64,000 nt of DNA, taken from contig OZ245843.1 of NCBI GenBank assembly GCA_965228875.1, positions 850,616-914,615 of the forward strand. Direction: 5' to 3'. The position numbers and the translations under genes were made by a program. Each line of letters starts with the position of its first letter. The stretch's first letter is position 1. The notes beneath the pieces are model-generated. The model worked only from the letters and a program-made list of their open reading frames with translations. It was not told the origin of the DNA and did no database searches. The DNA comes from Thalassobaculaceae bacterium. GTDB lineage: Bacteria > Pseudomonadota > Alphaproteobacteria > Thalassobaculales > Thalassobaculaceae. Positions 9,310 through 20,398 of this stretch are shown one piece after another.

Positions 9310-10182
9310 CTAGGTTCGCTGCCGGGGATCGAAGATGTCGCGCAGGCCGTCGCCCAGCAGGTTGAAGGCGAAGACGGCGGTCATCAGGGCAAGGCCGGGG
9401 AAGAAGGCCAGCCACCATTCGCCGGAGACGACAAAGTTCGCCCCCTCCGCCACCATGATCCCCCACTCCGCGGTCGGCGGGCGCACGCCGAGGCCGATGA
9501 ACGACAGCCCGGCGGCGTTGAGGATCGCCCAGCCCATGTTGAGCGAGATCTGCACCATCATCGGTGGCAGGGCGTTCGGGAAAATGTGGAAGGCGAGGAC
9601 CTGGACGTCGGTGTTGCCTGAGAGCCTGGCAGCCTGAGCGAAGCCGGCGTTACGTCGGATCCGCACCTCAGCTCGGGCCACGCGGGCGTAGAACGGCAGA
9701 TTGATGATGGCCGTGGCGTAGATGATGTTCTCCACCGTATTGCCCATGGCGGCGACGATGCCCATGGCCAGCACGAAAAGCGGGAAGGCCATGATTGTGT
9801 CGACGAGACGGCCGGTGACCGCGTCGGTCCATCCGCCCCAGTACCCGGCGGCGGAGCCGATCGCCGCCCCGACGACGAAGGAGAGCGCGACGGCGGCGAC
9901 CGAGATCACCAGATCGAGCCGGGTGGCCACCAGCACCCGGGAGAACACGTCGCGTCCGAGATTGTCGGTGCCGAACCAGTGGTCGGCCGAGGGTGGTTGC
10001 AGAGCACGAGCGGCGTTGGATTCCAACGGGTCGTAGGGCGCGAGCACCGGACCGAACAGCGCGACCAGGACGATGATTGCGAACAGAGCGAAGGCGAAGG
10101 CGGTGATCGGGTTTTCGCTGAGCACATAGACGACGTGGTCAAAGAAGCCGCGCTCGCGTGTGTCGGGGGTGGTCGCACTCAT
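9310..10182 (-). CDS. Peptide-type ABC permease (DppC-like)
   Basis: HWFGTDNLGRDVFSR, AGLSFIGLG.RPPTAEWG. Confidence 0.92.
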   Translation of the reverse strand: MSATTPDTRERGFFDHVVYVLSENPITAFAFALFAIIVLVALFGPVLAPYDPLESNAARALQPPSADHWFGTDNLGRDVFSRVLVATRLDLVISVAAVALSFVVGAAIGSAAGYWGGWTDAVTGRLVDTIMAFPLFVLAMGIVAAMGNTVENIIYATAIINLPFYARVARAEVRIRRNAGFAQAARLSGNTDVQVLAFHIFPNALPPMMVQISLNMGWAILNAAGLSFIGLGVRPPTAEWGIMVAEGANFVVSGEWWLAFFPGLALMTAVFAFNLLGDGLRDIFDPRQRT

Positions 10183-10185
10183 GGC

Positions 10186-11211
10186 CTAACCCTCCCGGGT
10201 CCGCGGATCGACCAGGGTGTAGATGATGTCGATCGCGAGATTGAGCAGAACGAAAAGGATCGCCATGGCGAGCACGAAGCCCTGCACGGCGGCGTAGTCG
10301 GAGACCACCAGGGCCTCGACCGCGTAAGAGCCGATGCCGGGCCAGGAGAACACCTTCTCCACCAGCACGTTGGCGCCCAGCATGAAGGAGAACACCATGC
10401 CGAGCGTGGTGATCACCGGCAGCATCGCGTTCTGGAAGGCATAGCCGAACACCACCTGGTTTTCACCGAGACCGGCGGCGCGCGCGGTGCGTATGTAGTC
10501 CGATGACAGGGCCTGCAGCATCGCCGCCCGCGCCATGCGGGCGAGCGGAGCGAGGGTGAACAGGGCCAGCGTGCTGGCCGGCAGGATCAACTGGCGCAAG
10601 GCGCCAAGCGCGGTCTCGGTGTCGCCGATCAGCAGGGCGTCGACGATGTAGAACCCCGTGACCTCCGGCGGCGACAGGTAGATGAAATCGAGCCGGCCCA
10701 GCGGCGACGGTGCCCAACCCAGCAGGTAGTAGAAGACGTAGACCAGCACGATGCCGGTGAAGAAGGTCGGCAGAGACACGCCGGCGGTAACCAGGCCGCG
10801 GCAGGCGTGGTCGATCCATCTGCCCTGGTGTACCGCCGCGGCGACGCCAAGCGGTAGGGCGATTGCGCAGGACAGAATCAATGCCGTTAGGGTCAGTTCC
10901 AGCGAGGCCGGCAGCCGGCGGGCGAGTTCCTCGACCACCGGCTGACCGGTCGACAGGCTGTTGCCGAGATCGCCGCCGATGAGGTCCCAGACATAGTGCA
11001 GGAACTGGACCGGCATGGAGCGGTCCAGGCCCATGGCCGCCCGGATCTCTGCGATCGAGGCTTCGGTTGCGGCGGGGCCCGCGAAATAGGCTGCCGGGTC
11101 GCCGGGCAACATCCGAGTCAGGATGAAGCTGACGATGACGACCCCGACCAAAGCCGGGATCGCCTGCAGGGTGCGGTAGAGCACCAGTTTCGCGCGGGGG
11201 CCCATCCGCAT
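10186..11211 (-). CDS. Peptide-type ABC permease (DppB-like)
   Basis: LPGDPA, DYIRTARAAGL EAA motif, VEKVFSWPGIG. Confidence 0.92.
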   Translation of the reverse strand: MRMGPRAKLVLYRTLQAIPALVGVVIVSFILTRMLPGDPAAYFAGPAATEASIAEIRAAMGLDRSMPVQFLHYVWDLIGGDLGNSLSTGQPVVEELARRLPASLELTLTALILSCAIALPLGVAAAVHQGRWIDHACRGLVTAGVSLPTFFTGIVLVYVFYYLLGWAPSPLGRLDFIYLSPPEVTGFYIVDALLIGDTETALGALRQLILPASTLALFTLAPLARMARAAMLQALSSDYIRTARAAGLGENQVVFGYAFQNAMLPVITTLGMVFSFMLGANVLVEKVFSWPGIGSYAVEALVVSDYAAVQGFVLAMAILFVLLNLAIDIIYTLVDPRTREG

Positions 11212-12815
11212 CAGGCCTTGAATCCGCGGGCGTCGAGCTGGCGGTGGAACCAGTACTCGTAGCCTTCCATGTCGCGGGTGCCGACGTTGAGGGCCGGCTG
11301 GAACAGGGCGATGCGCGGCACCTCGTCCCAGGCGATGGCGATCATCTTCTTGATCAGCGGCGCATAGCCCGGATCGTCGACCGGCATGTGCAGCGCCTCG
11401 GCGGTGAGGGTCTCGATCTCCTCATTCCGGTAGTTCGAGGAGTTGAACAGATGCCCCTCCAGATAGGCCCAGAAGAAGTAGTAGCAGGGGTAGTTGAGCC
11501 AGCCGCCGAAGGTCTCCAGGTGAAGCGGCAGGCGCTTCTCGACCAGCGAGGCGGTGCGCCAGTTCGCGCCGGGGATCTTCTCGATCGTCGCCTTGACGCC
11601 GATCTTGGCCAGATTCTCCTGCACCAGCAGGGCGGTCGGTTCCATCCAGTCGGTCTGGCTCAGCGAGATCGACAGCGGCACCTCGAAACCGTCCATGTAG
11701 CCGGCCTCCTCGAGCAGCGCCTTCGCTTTGTCCAGGTCCGTGCTGTAGGGGAAGGGCTGCGGCCAGGCGATGTCCGCCGGCGAGGTCGATGCTCCGCCCC
11801 ACATCGGCACACCGCGGCCGTAAGCGGCGGTCTGAAAGATGTCCTCGTAGGGCACCGACCATGCGATGGCCTGGCGCACCTTCTTGTCCTTGAACGGTTC
11901 GAAGGCGAGGTTCGGGTTCAGGCAGTAGATGGCGTTCTCGACCGGCGTCGAGGCGATGGTCACGCCGTCGGCGCCGGACAACTCCTTGGCGTCCTTGTTC
12001 GGCATGTTGAAAGACACCTGGATGTCGCCGCGCTCGAACAGGGCACGCCGGGTCGCCTGGCTCGGCACCTCGCGCACAATCACGCGCTTCACCGCCGGGA
12101 CCGGGCCTGAGGTCCAGTTTTCGTTCCGCTCGTAGACCAACTGCTGGCCCGGCTCCCAGCGCGCGACCTTGAAGGCGCCGGAGCCGGCCGGGGTCTTGTG
12201 CAGGTACTCGGTCGCCCAGGGATCGTCGGCCGTCGCGTGCTCCTTGGCGACCTTGGCGTTTATGATCATCGGCACCGGTACCGCCAGGTCCGGCAGGGTA
12301 AGCTTGGACGGGCGGAGCAGCTTGATCTTGAAGGTGAGGTCGTCGATCGCCTCGAACTGCTCGGGCTTCTCCAGCGAGCCGGCCTTCATCTGCACCGTCG
12401 GGAAGCCGCCGACCGACACCGCCCGGTCGAAGGACCACTTCACGTCCGCGGCGGTGATCGGTAAGCCGTCCTGGAACTTGCCTTCCGGGCGCAGCTTGAA
12501 GGTGATGGCGCTGCCGTCCTCGGCGAACTCCCAGCTCTCGGCGACTTCCGGTTCGATGACCGAGTAGTCGTAGGACAGGCTACCGTCGGCCAGGGTCTTG
12601 GTGCCGAAGCTGACCAGCCGGTCATAGACGTTGACCGCCACCTGATAGCTCGGCCGGTTGGTGCCGGTGCGGTGGATGTCGAGGCTGTTGATGGTCTGGC
12701 CCATGGCCACGACCACGACGCCGTTGCCGGCGGCACTCGCCGGAAGCGAGCGGATGAAGGGAAGGGCGCCGGCGCCGAGAACGGCCGCACCCTTTAGAAA
12801 ATCGCGCCTGCGCAT
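11211..12815 (-). CDS. Peptide-type ABC substrate-binding protein (family 5), Tat signal
   Basis: MRRRDFLKG twin-arginine signal after an AGGAGAG RBS; FQDG.PITAADVKWSF and GSGAFK motifs. Confidence 0.9.
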   Translation of the reverse strand: MRRRDFLKGAAVLGAGALPFIRSLPASAAGNGVVVVAMGQTINSLDIHRTGTNRPSYQVAVNVYDRLVSFGTKTLADGSLSYDYSVIEPEVAESWEFAEDGSAITFKLRPEGKFQDGLPITAADVKWSFDRAVSVGGFPTVQMKAGSLEKPEQFEAIDDLTFKIKLLRPSKLTLPDLAVPVPMIINAKVAKEHATADDPWATEYLHKTPAGSGAFKVARWEPGQQLVYERNENWTSGPVPAVKRVIVREVPSQATRRALFERGDIQVSFNMPNKDAKELSGADGVTIASTPVENAIYCLNPNLAFEPFKDKKVRQAIAWSVPYEDIFQTAAYGRGVPMWGGASTSPADIAWPQPFPYSTDLDKAKALLEEAGYMDGFEVPLSISLSQTDWMEPTALLVQENLAKIGVKATIEKIPGANWRTASLVEKRLPLHLETFGGWLNYPCYYFFWAYLEGHLFNSSNYRNEEIETLTAEALHMPVDDPGYAPLIKKMIAIAWDEVPRIALFQPALNVGTRDMEGYEYWFHRQLDARGFKA

Positions 12816-12859
12816 GTGTCTCTCCTTCCTGTTCGGTCGGTTCTTCAATGGATCGATCA

Positions 12860-14719
12860 TCAGGGGGGGGCCCCCTTGGTTTCGGGCCCCTGGATTTCGG
12901 GTCCCCTGGAGTCGAAGCCAAGGGGTCTGGTTCCGGCGGCGAGGTAGGCCCGCCATCCGCCGAATTCGGTGATATCCGTGGCCCCGTCGAGGCCGGCTGC
13001 CTCGCAGATGAAGCCGTTGACGGCGGTGCCGTCCTCCAGGCTCACAGTGCCGATGCCGAGCGGCGCTGGGATGCCGCGCAGGAAGTCGCCGAACGTGGCC
13101 GAGGGCAGGGCCCAGATTTCGAGCTCGATCGCCGCACCGTCCGCAGACCGGACCAGCCCAGGACGGAACGGCGGGCCGCCGGCGAGGCTGTAAAGCCGGT
13201 AGCCGGGGGCCGTTCTGGCGGTGGAGAGAAAGCGGCCACCCAGCCGGGTGAGCTCGCCGTTCAGCGGCAGCCCGGACATATGGGCACCGACGGCGGCGAC
13301 GGCGATTTCGCCGGCCTGAGGCACAGTTGCCGGGACCGGCTCAGCGGGCAACGTCCAGCCGGTGGCACCCAGGCTGACCCCGGCCCGGCGGTGGAGCCGG
13401 GAGGCGAGGGCGGCGGTCAATCCGTCCTGTCCGGCGCGGGCGAGCACGGTGAGGCTGGCCGGCCTGCCGTCGCTGCGCGTGCCGGTCGGCACCGCGATGC
13501 CGCAGAGGCCAAGCAGATTGACGAAATTGGTGTAGGTACCGAGCTTAGAGTTCGGGCCGATCGGGTCGGCCTCCAGGTCGGCGACGGTGAAGAAGGTCGG
13601 GATGGTCGGTACGCAGAGCAGGTCGAGCCCGGCCATGGCCGTCTCGCATTGCCGGCGCAGCGCCTCCATGCGATAGAAGCTGTTGAAGGTGTCGGTGGCG
13701 GAGAAGGTCGCTGCCGCGCCGACGATCTGACGGATCACCGGGTGGACCGCGTCGGGATCGTGTTTCATCAACGGACCGACGACCGTGTGCCGCTCGGCGA
13801 CCCAAACGCCTCCGTAGAGCATCTCCGCGATCTGATAGAACGGTGTGAAGTCGAGCTCGGTGATCTCGCCGCCGGCGGCCTTCACCGCTGCCAGTGCCTC
13901 ATTGAACGCCTCTTCCTGGGCGACATCGCCGAAGAACTCGAGCGTGGTCGCATCAGGTACGCCGACTCTGAGGTGGGGTGGAGCAATGCCAAGTTCCGGC
14001 ACCGGCACGGATTTGGAGAAGGCGTCCGCCGCGTCGTGGCCAGCCGCAGCGCGAAAGGCGCAATAGGCGTCCTCGACCGTCAGGGCGAAGATCGAGATCG
14101 TGTCGACCGTTCGACAGGCCGGCACCAGGCCGCTGGCAGAGAGCGCGCCGACCGTCGGCTTCAACCCGACGATGTTGTTGAGCGCCGCCGGAACGCGCCC
14201 TGAGCCGGCGGTGTCGGTGCCGAGCGAGAAGCTGACCAATCCGCGAGCGACCGCGACGCCTGAGCCGGAACTGGAGCCGCCTGGAACGATCTCGGGATCG
14301 AGCGCGTTTTTCGGCACGGGATAGGGCGACCGCACGCCGACCAGGCCGGTGGCAAACTGGTCCAGGTTGGTCTTGCCGATCAGGATCGCGCCGGCGGCGC
14401 GCAGTTTCGCGACCGTGAAGGCGTCCTCTTCCGCTTCATAAGCGAAAGCCGGACAGGCCGCGGTCGTGCGGATGCCGGCGGCGTCGATGTTGTCCTTGAT
14501 CGCGAACGGAATGCCCCAGAGCGGCTTGGCCGACCCGTCGAAGGGGCCGAGCCGGGCCACCTCACTCTGCGCTACCGCCTCGTCGATCAGCGTGATGAAG
14601 ATGCCGGGATCGTCCGCCGCCGCGATCCGCCGGTAACATTCCGCGATCACATCCGCCGGTTTGGTTCCCGCGGCGTAGGCGGCGTGCACCGAGGCGATGT
14701 CGAAAGCCAGGTCCTGCAT
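12860..14719 (-). CDS. atzF: Allophanate hydrolase
   Basis: AIKDNID, GKTNLDQFATGLVG.RSPY, GGSSSGS, C-terminal VGAHMSGLPLN...FGGWRAYL domain. Confidence 0.92.
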   Translation of the reverse strand: MQDLAFDIASVHAAYAAGTKPADVIAECYRRIAAADDPGIFITLIDEAVAQSEVARLGPFDGSAKPLWGIPFAIKDNIDAAGIRTTAACPAFAYEAEEDAFTVAKLRAAGAILIGKTNLDQFATGLVGVRSPYPVPKNALDPEIVPGGSSSGSGVAVARGLVSFSLGTDTAGSGRVPAALNNIVGLKPTVGALSASGLVPACRTVDTISIFALTVEDAYCAFRAAAGHDAADAFSKSVPVPELGIAPPHLRVGVPDATTLEFFGDVAQEEAFNEALAAVKAAGGEITELDFTPFYQIAEMLYGGVWVAERHTVVGPLMKHDPDAVHPVIRQIVGAAATFSATDTFNSFYRMEALRRQCETAMAGLDLLCVPTIPTFFTVADLEADPIGPNSKLGTYTNFVNLLGLCGIAVPTGTRSDGRPASLTVLARAGQDGLTAALASRLHRRAGVSLGATGWTLPAEPVPATVPQAGEIAVAAVGAHMSGLPLNGELTRLGGRFLSTARTAPGYRLYSLAGGPPFRPGLVRSADGAAIELEIWALPSATFGDFLRGIPAPLGIGTVSLEDGTAVNGFICEAAGLDGATDITEFGGWRAYLAAGTRPLGFDSRGPEIQGPETKGAPP

Positions 14720-14917
14720 AGCGGTGGTCGTTCCCCCCAGTCTGGCGTACGGCCCGGCCGGTCCCGGCCTTCGCAGGTGCGAAGGTTCGGTCGCTCAGCC
14801 TGACTGCGCGCCTTGAAACTCTTGAGCAGATATGCGGGGTCTCTCGGTCTCGAGCGACATCTCGCATCTGCAGCAGGAAAAGGGTGCGAACTTTGAGTGA
14901 CGCTGTCTTCTGCTATG

Positions 14918-14938
14918 ATTGCAGCATTCCGCTGCAAT
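14918..14938. promoter_or_regulatory. Perfect inverted repeat, likely operator in the atzF/LysR divergent region
   Basis: ATTGCAGC-ATTCC-GCTGCAAT. Confidence 0.55.
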
Positions 14939-14963
14939 TAATGCAGCGCCCATGGAGGCGGCC

Positions 14964-15863
14964 ATGCGGCATATGACGACGTTGCGCTATATCGATGCGG
15001 TCGCGCGCGCGGGTTCGATCCGCAAGGCGGCGGATACCCTGTCGATCACCTCCACCGCACTGAACCGCCGATTGCTGTCGATCGAGGAAGACCTGGGGGT
15101 GCCGATCTTCGAGCGCCTTCCGCGCGGTGTGCGCCTCAATGCAGCGGGTGAACTGCTGATCCAGCACATCCGCAACCAGATCTCCGACATGGAACGGCTG
15201 CGCTCGCAGATCGCCGATCTCTCGGGGGAGCGTCGAGGCCATGTCTCGATCGCCTGCAGTCAGGCTGTGCTGCCGTACCTGCCCGGTCAGATCGCCCAGT
15301 ATCGCCATGATCATCCCGGCGTGACTTTCGGTGTGTTTCGTCGCGATCGGGAAGCGGCCGAGCAGGCGCTGGTCGACCATACCGCCGACCTCGCGCTGGT
15401 GTTCGAGCCGATCCGGCTTGCCGAGTTCCAGACGATCCTGACCGTGCGCCAGCAGGTCTACGCCATGTTGTCGTCGAACCATCCGCTGGCTGACCGGCCC
15501 GTTCTGCGGCTGCGCGAGATCCTGGAGCATCCCTTCGCCCTGCCGACCCAGGCCTATGGGGTGCGGCATCTGCTGGAGATCGCGTTGGTGGACTCACCGA
15601 TCAAGATGAACCCGGTGATCGAGACGGATAGCTTCGAGTTTCTGCGTTACCACGTGATGACTGAGGGCATCATTTCGTTCCAGATCCCGATCGGGCTGCC
15701 GGCCGACAGCCTGCCGCCGGGAATGGTGACCGCACCGATCGACGAGCGCGACGTGCCGACCGGCCTGATCTACATGGGGCAGCTTCGCGGTCGGACGCTG
15801 CCCGTCGCTGCCGCCCGCTTCGCCGACCAACTGACCAAGAACTTGGCCGAGCGCTTCGGGTGA
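14964..15863 (+). CDS. LysR-family transcriptional regulator divergent from atzF
   Basis: GSIRKAA..L.IT.TAL.R.L..IEEDLG..IFER HTH; GGAGG RBS before ATG 14964. Confidence 0.92.
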   Translation: MRHMTTLRYIDAVARAGSIRKAADTLSITSTALNRRLLSIEEDLGVPIFERLPRGVRLNAAGELLIQHIRNQISDMERLRSQIADLSGERRGHVSIACSQAVLPYLPGQIAQYRHDHPGVTFGVFRRDREAAEQALVDHTADLALVFEPIRLAEFQTILTVRQQVYAMLSSNHPLADRPVLRLREILEHPFALPTQAYGVRHLLEIALVDSPIKMNPVIETDSFEFLRYHVMTEGIISFQIPIGLPADSLPPGMVTAPIDERDVPTGLIYMGQLRGRTLPVAAARFADQLTKNLAERFG

Positions 15864-15921
15864 AGGCGTTTTGAGTGAGGCTCGTCTGAACGTTGCTCGG
15901 TTTGTGTCAGGCCAATCCCGA

Positions 15922-15970
15922 TGATCTGAGCCCCTTAATCTCCTCCAGATTTGAGTAGAGTCCGTCACCT
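15922..15970 (+). mobile_element. Isolated terminal fragment of an IS3-family (IS407-group-like) element
   Basis: TGATCTGAGCCCCTTAATCTCCTCCAGATTTGAGTAGAGTCCG resembles IS3-family left ends (from memory); starts with TG; no ORF follows. Confidence 0.5.
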
Positions 15971-16302
15971 TGTGGAGTGCTCCCGAACGTGCCCCCAGCC
16001 GTGGCTAGAGTTTTGGGGCCTCGGTCAGCATCACGGGCTGGCAGAGTGTGCTGATCTCATGAGCGCTACCGGGACCTTGTTCCCGATCGCGCTGTGAGGT
16101 CGCTCCTCATTGTAGTCTCTACGCCAAGCCTCCGACTTTTCCGCCGCATCGGCAAGGCTCAGGAACCAGTGGGTGTTCAGGCATTCCGCCAGCAGATCCG
16201 CTCCAGGGTCGCCATCACGTTCTCGCCCCGATAGCTGAACCGCGGATCAAGTACCGGTACGTAGCGCGAGAAGGTGTCGACCACCGTCAGCACGCGAAAT
16301 CT
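15971..16302 (-). pseudogene. IS3-family transposase (OrfB) remnant with internal deletion and probable right end
   Basis: FRVLTVVDTFSRY...LERIC is joined out of frame at about 16190 to AECLNTHWFLSLADA...WRRDYNEERPHSAIGNK; stop at 16031-16033. Confidence 0.88.
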
Positions 16303-16480
16303 CAATGTACCAGCAAAATGGCAAGGAGAGACTTCGGGCCTTAGGGGTCGATTTTCCGCCACCGCGAGTGTCTCGGGGTACACTAGTGGTCGCGACCGGG
16401 CCGCCAAGGGCCTGAAACAACACCACGATTTCCCGCTCACCCGAAAGCGTCCCGCAGAGACCGACATGTCTGGGAAAGAA

Positions 16481-16554
16481 TGGCTGGGGGACCTGGATTC
16501 GAACCAGGGTTGACGGAGTCAGAGTCCGTAGTCCTACCGCTAGACGATCCCCCA
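16481..16554 (-). tRNA. tRNA-Gln (anticodon CTG)
   Basis: Reverse complement TGGGGGATCGTCTAGCGGTAGGACTACGGACTCTGACTCCGTCAACCCTGGTTCGAATCCAGGTCCCCCAGCCA folds as a cloverleaf with TTCGAAT T-loop and encoded CCA. Confidence 0.97.
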
Positions 16555-16793
16555 GCAGGATCGGGACCGATCCGTCTCGGACGGCGACGCTCCCTCGCGG
16601 TGAGCCGGGCTTCTAACACAGGCCGGGGCCGGGATGCAAACGTCGAAACGCGGAAGTTTTGCGCCGCCGGAGCGCGCACCGGGAAGGGGGCCGGTGGCAA
16701 GGCTGGTGGGGCGTGCGGCGGCCCGCTAGACTGACGTCGACAAACGCGTCGCCACCAAGGCAGACGCGGCGAACAGGGAAGGACGTCAGGGGA

Positions 16794-18005
16794 ATGGGAT
16801 CCAGCGCGCACCGTGCTGGCCGATCCCGCTCCCATGTCTCGAAGCGACGGTCGGGCGACGGCCGCCCGCCGGGCGCGGAAATTCGGGACGGGATCGGCGA
16901 CGGCTACATCAGGTCGGCGGGGCATCGTCATGCCGCCGCCGCGCAGCGACCGGGGGCGAGGCCGGGACAAAGGGCAGGACCGGAAACGGGGCCAGGGAGC
17001 GGGGCAGGCAGGTCGGGGTCGTGGTCGGGCCGAGACCCAGAGTCGGAGGGAACGGAGGAGGTTCTGGCGGCGCTCGACCTCGGCACCAACAACTGCCGCC
17101 TGCTCGTGGCGCGTCCGAACGGCCACGGCGCCTTCCGCGTGATCGACGCGTTCTCGAGGATCGTGCGCCTCGGCGAGGGGGTCGGGAGTTCCGGCCAACT
17201 GACCGAGGCGGCGATCGACCGCACGCTCGACGCGCTCAGGATCTGCGGCTCGAAAATGCGCCGGCGCCGGGTGACCCGGTTCCGCGCGGTGGCGACCGAG
17301 GCCTGCCGGCGGGCCCGCAACGGGCCGGAGTTCCTCAAACGCGTCGAGCGCGAGACCGGAATCGCTCTGGAGGTGATCTCGTCATCGGAGGAGGCCGGGC
17401 TGGCGCTTGCCGGCTGCGGGCCGCTGCTCGACCCGGACGTACCGGGCGCGCTGGTCTTCGATATCGGCGGCGGATCGACGGAGCTCGCCTGGTCGCAGGG
17501 GGGAGGGGCGGGCGGCGAGGTCGCCGTGACCTCGATCCCCATCGGTGTCGTCACCCTGGCGGAGACCTACGGCGGCGATCGTTACGGCGACGGCGTCTAC
17601 GACCGGATGGTCGAGGATGTCGCGGGCTGGCTGCGGGCCTATGAACGCGAGCACGCCATCGCGGCGGAGGCGGCGGCAGGCCGGGTGCAGGTCGTCGGCA
17701 CCTCGGGCACGGTGACGACACTGGCGGGGGTCCACCTCAACCTGCCGCGCTATATTCGCGACCGGGTGGACGGCGTGTTCCTGGATGTGGCAGACACGCT
17801 CAGGATCGGCCGGAATCTGGCGGCCCAGGGATTCGACGAACGCGCCGCGCATCCCTGCATCGGTCGCGATCGGGCGGATCTGGTGGTCGCAGGCTGCGCC
17901 ATCCTGGAGGCGATATGCCGGCAGTGGCCGGTGGCGCGGATGCGGGTCGCCGACCGCGGGGTGCGCGAGGGCATCCTGTTCGGGCTGATCGCGGGCGGAA
18001 CCTGA
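16794..18005 (+). CDS. ppx: Ppx/GppA-family phosphatase (start uncertain; low-complexity N-terminus)
   Basis: AALDLGTNNCRLL, VATEACR, FDIGGGSTE, VADRGVREG. Confidence 0.88.
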   Translation: MGSSAHRAGRSRSHVSKRRSGDGRPPGAEIRDGIGDGYIRSAGHRHAAAAQRPGARPGQRAGPETGPGSGAGRSGSWSGRDPESEGTEEVLAALDLGTNNCRLLVARPNGHGAFRVIDAFSRIVRLGEGVGSSGQLTEAAIDRTLDALRICGSKMRRRRVTRFRAVATEACRRARNGPEFLKRVERETGIALEVISSSEEAGLALAGCGPLLDPDVPGALVFDIGGGSTELAWSQGGGAGGEVAVTSIPIGVVTLAETYGGDRYGDGVYDRMVEDVAGWLRAYEREHAIAAEAAAGRVQVVGTSGTVTTLAGVHLNLPRYIRDRVDGVFLDVADTLRIGRNLAAQGFDERAAHPCIGRDRADLVVAGCAILEAICRQWPVARMRVADRGVREGILFGLIAGGT

Positions 18006-20366
<2,361 letters not shown>

Positions 20367-20398
20367 GCCGGGCGGCGCGATCAGATGAGACCGAACCG

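Noticed and set aside
7145..9313. 722-aa plus-strand ORF, and similar long antisense ORFs (18651-20318, 25461-27383, 41639-44161, 49313-51034)
   Set aside because: Antisense shadows of well-supported genes; stop codons are scarce in high-GC DNA and these have no motifs
14720..14900. Possible guanidine riboswitch upstream of allophanate hydrolase
   Set aside because: No guanidine-I 3' motif and no paired ACGR-loop hairpins were seen
16274..16734. ORFs containing WLGDLDSNQG or GGPGFEPGLTESES
   Set aside because: Translations of the tRNA-Gln antisense strand
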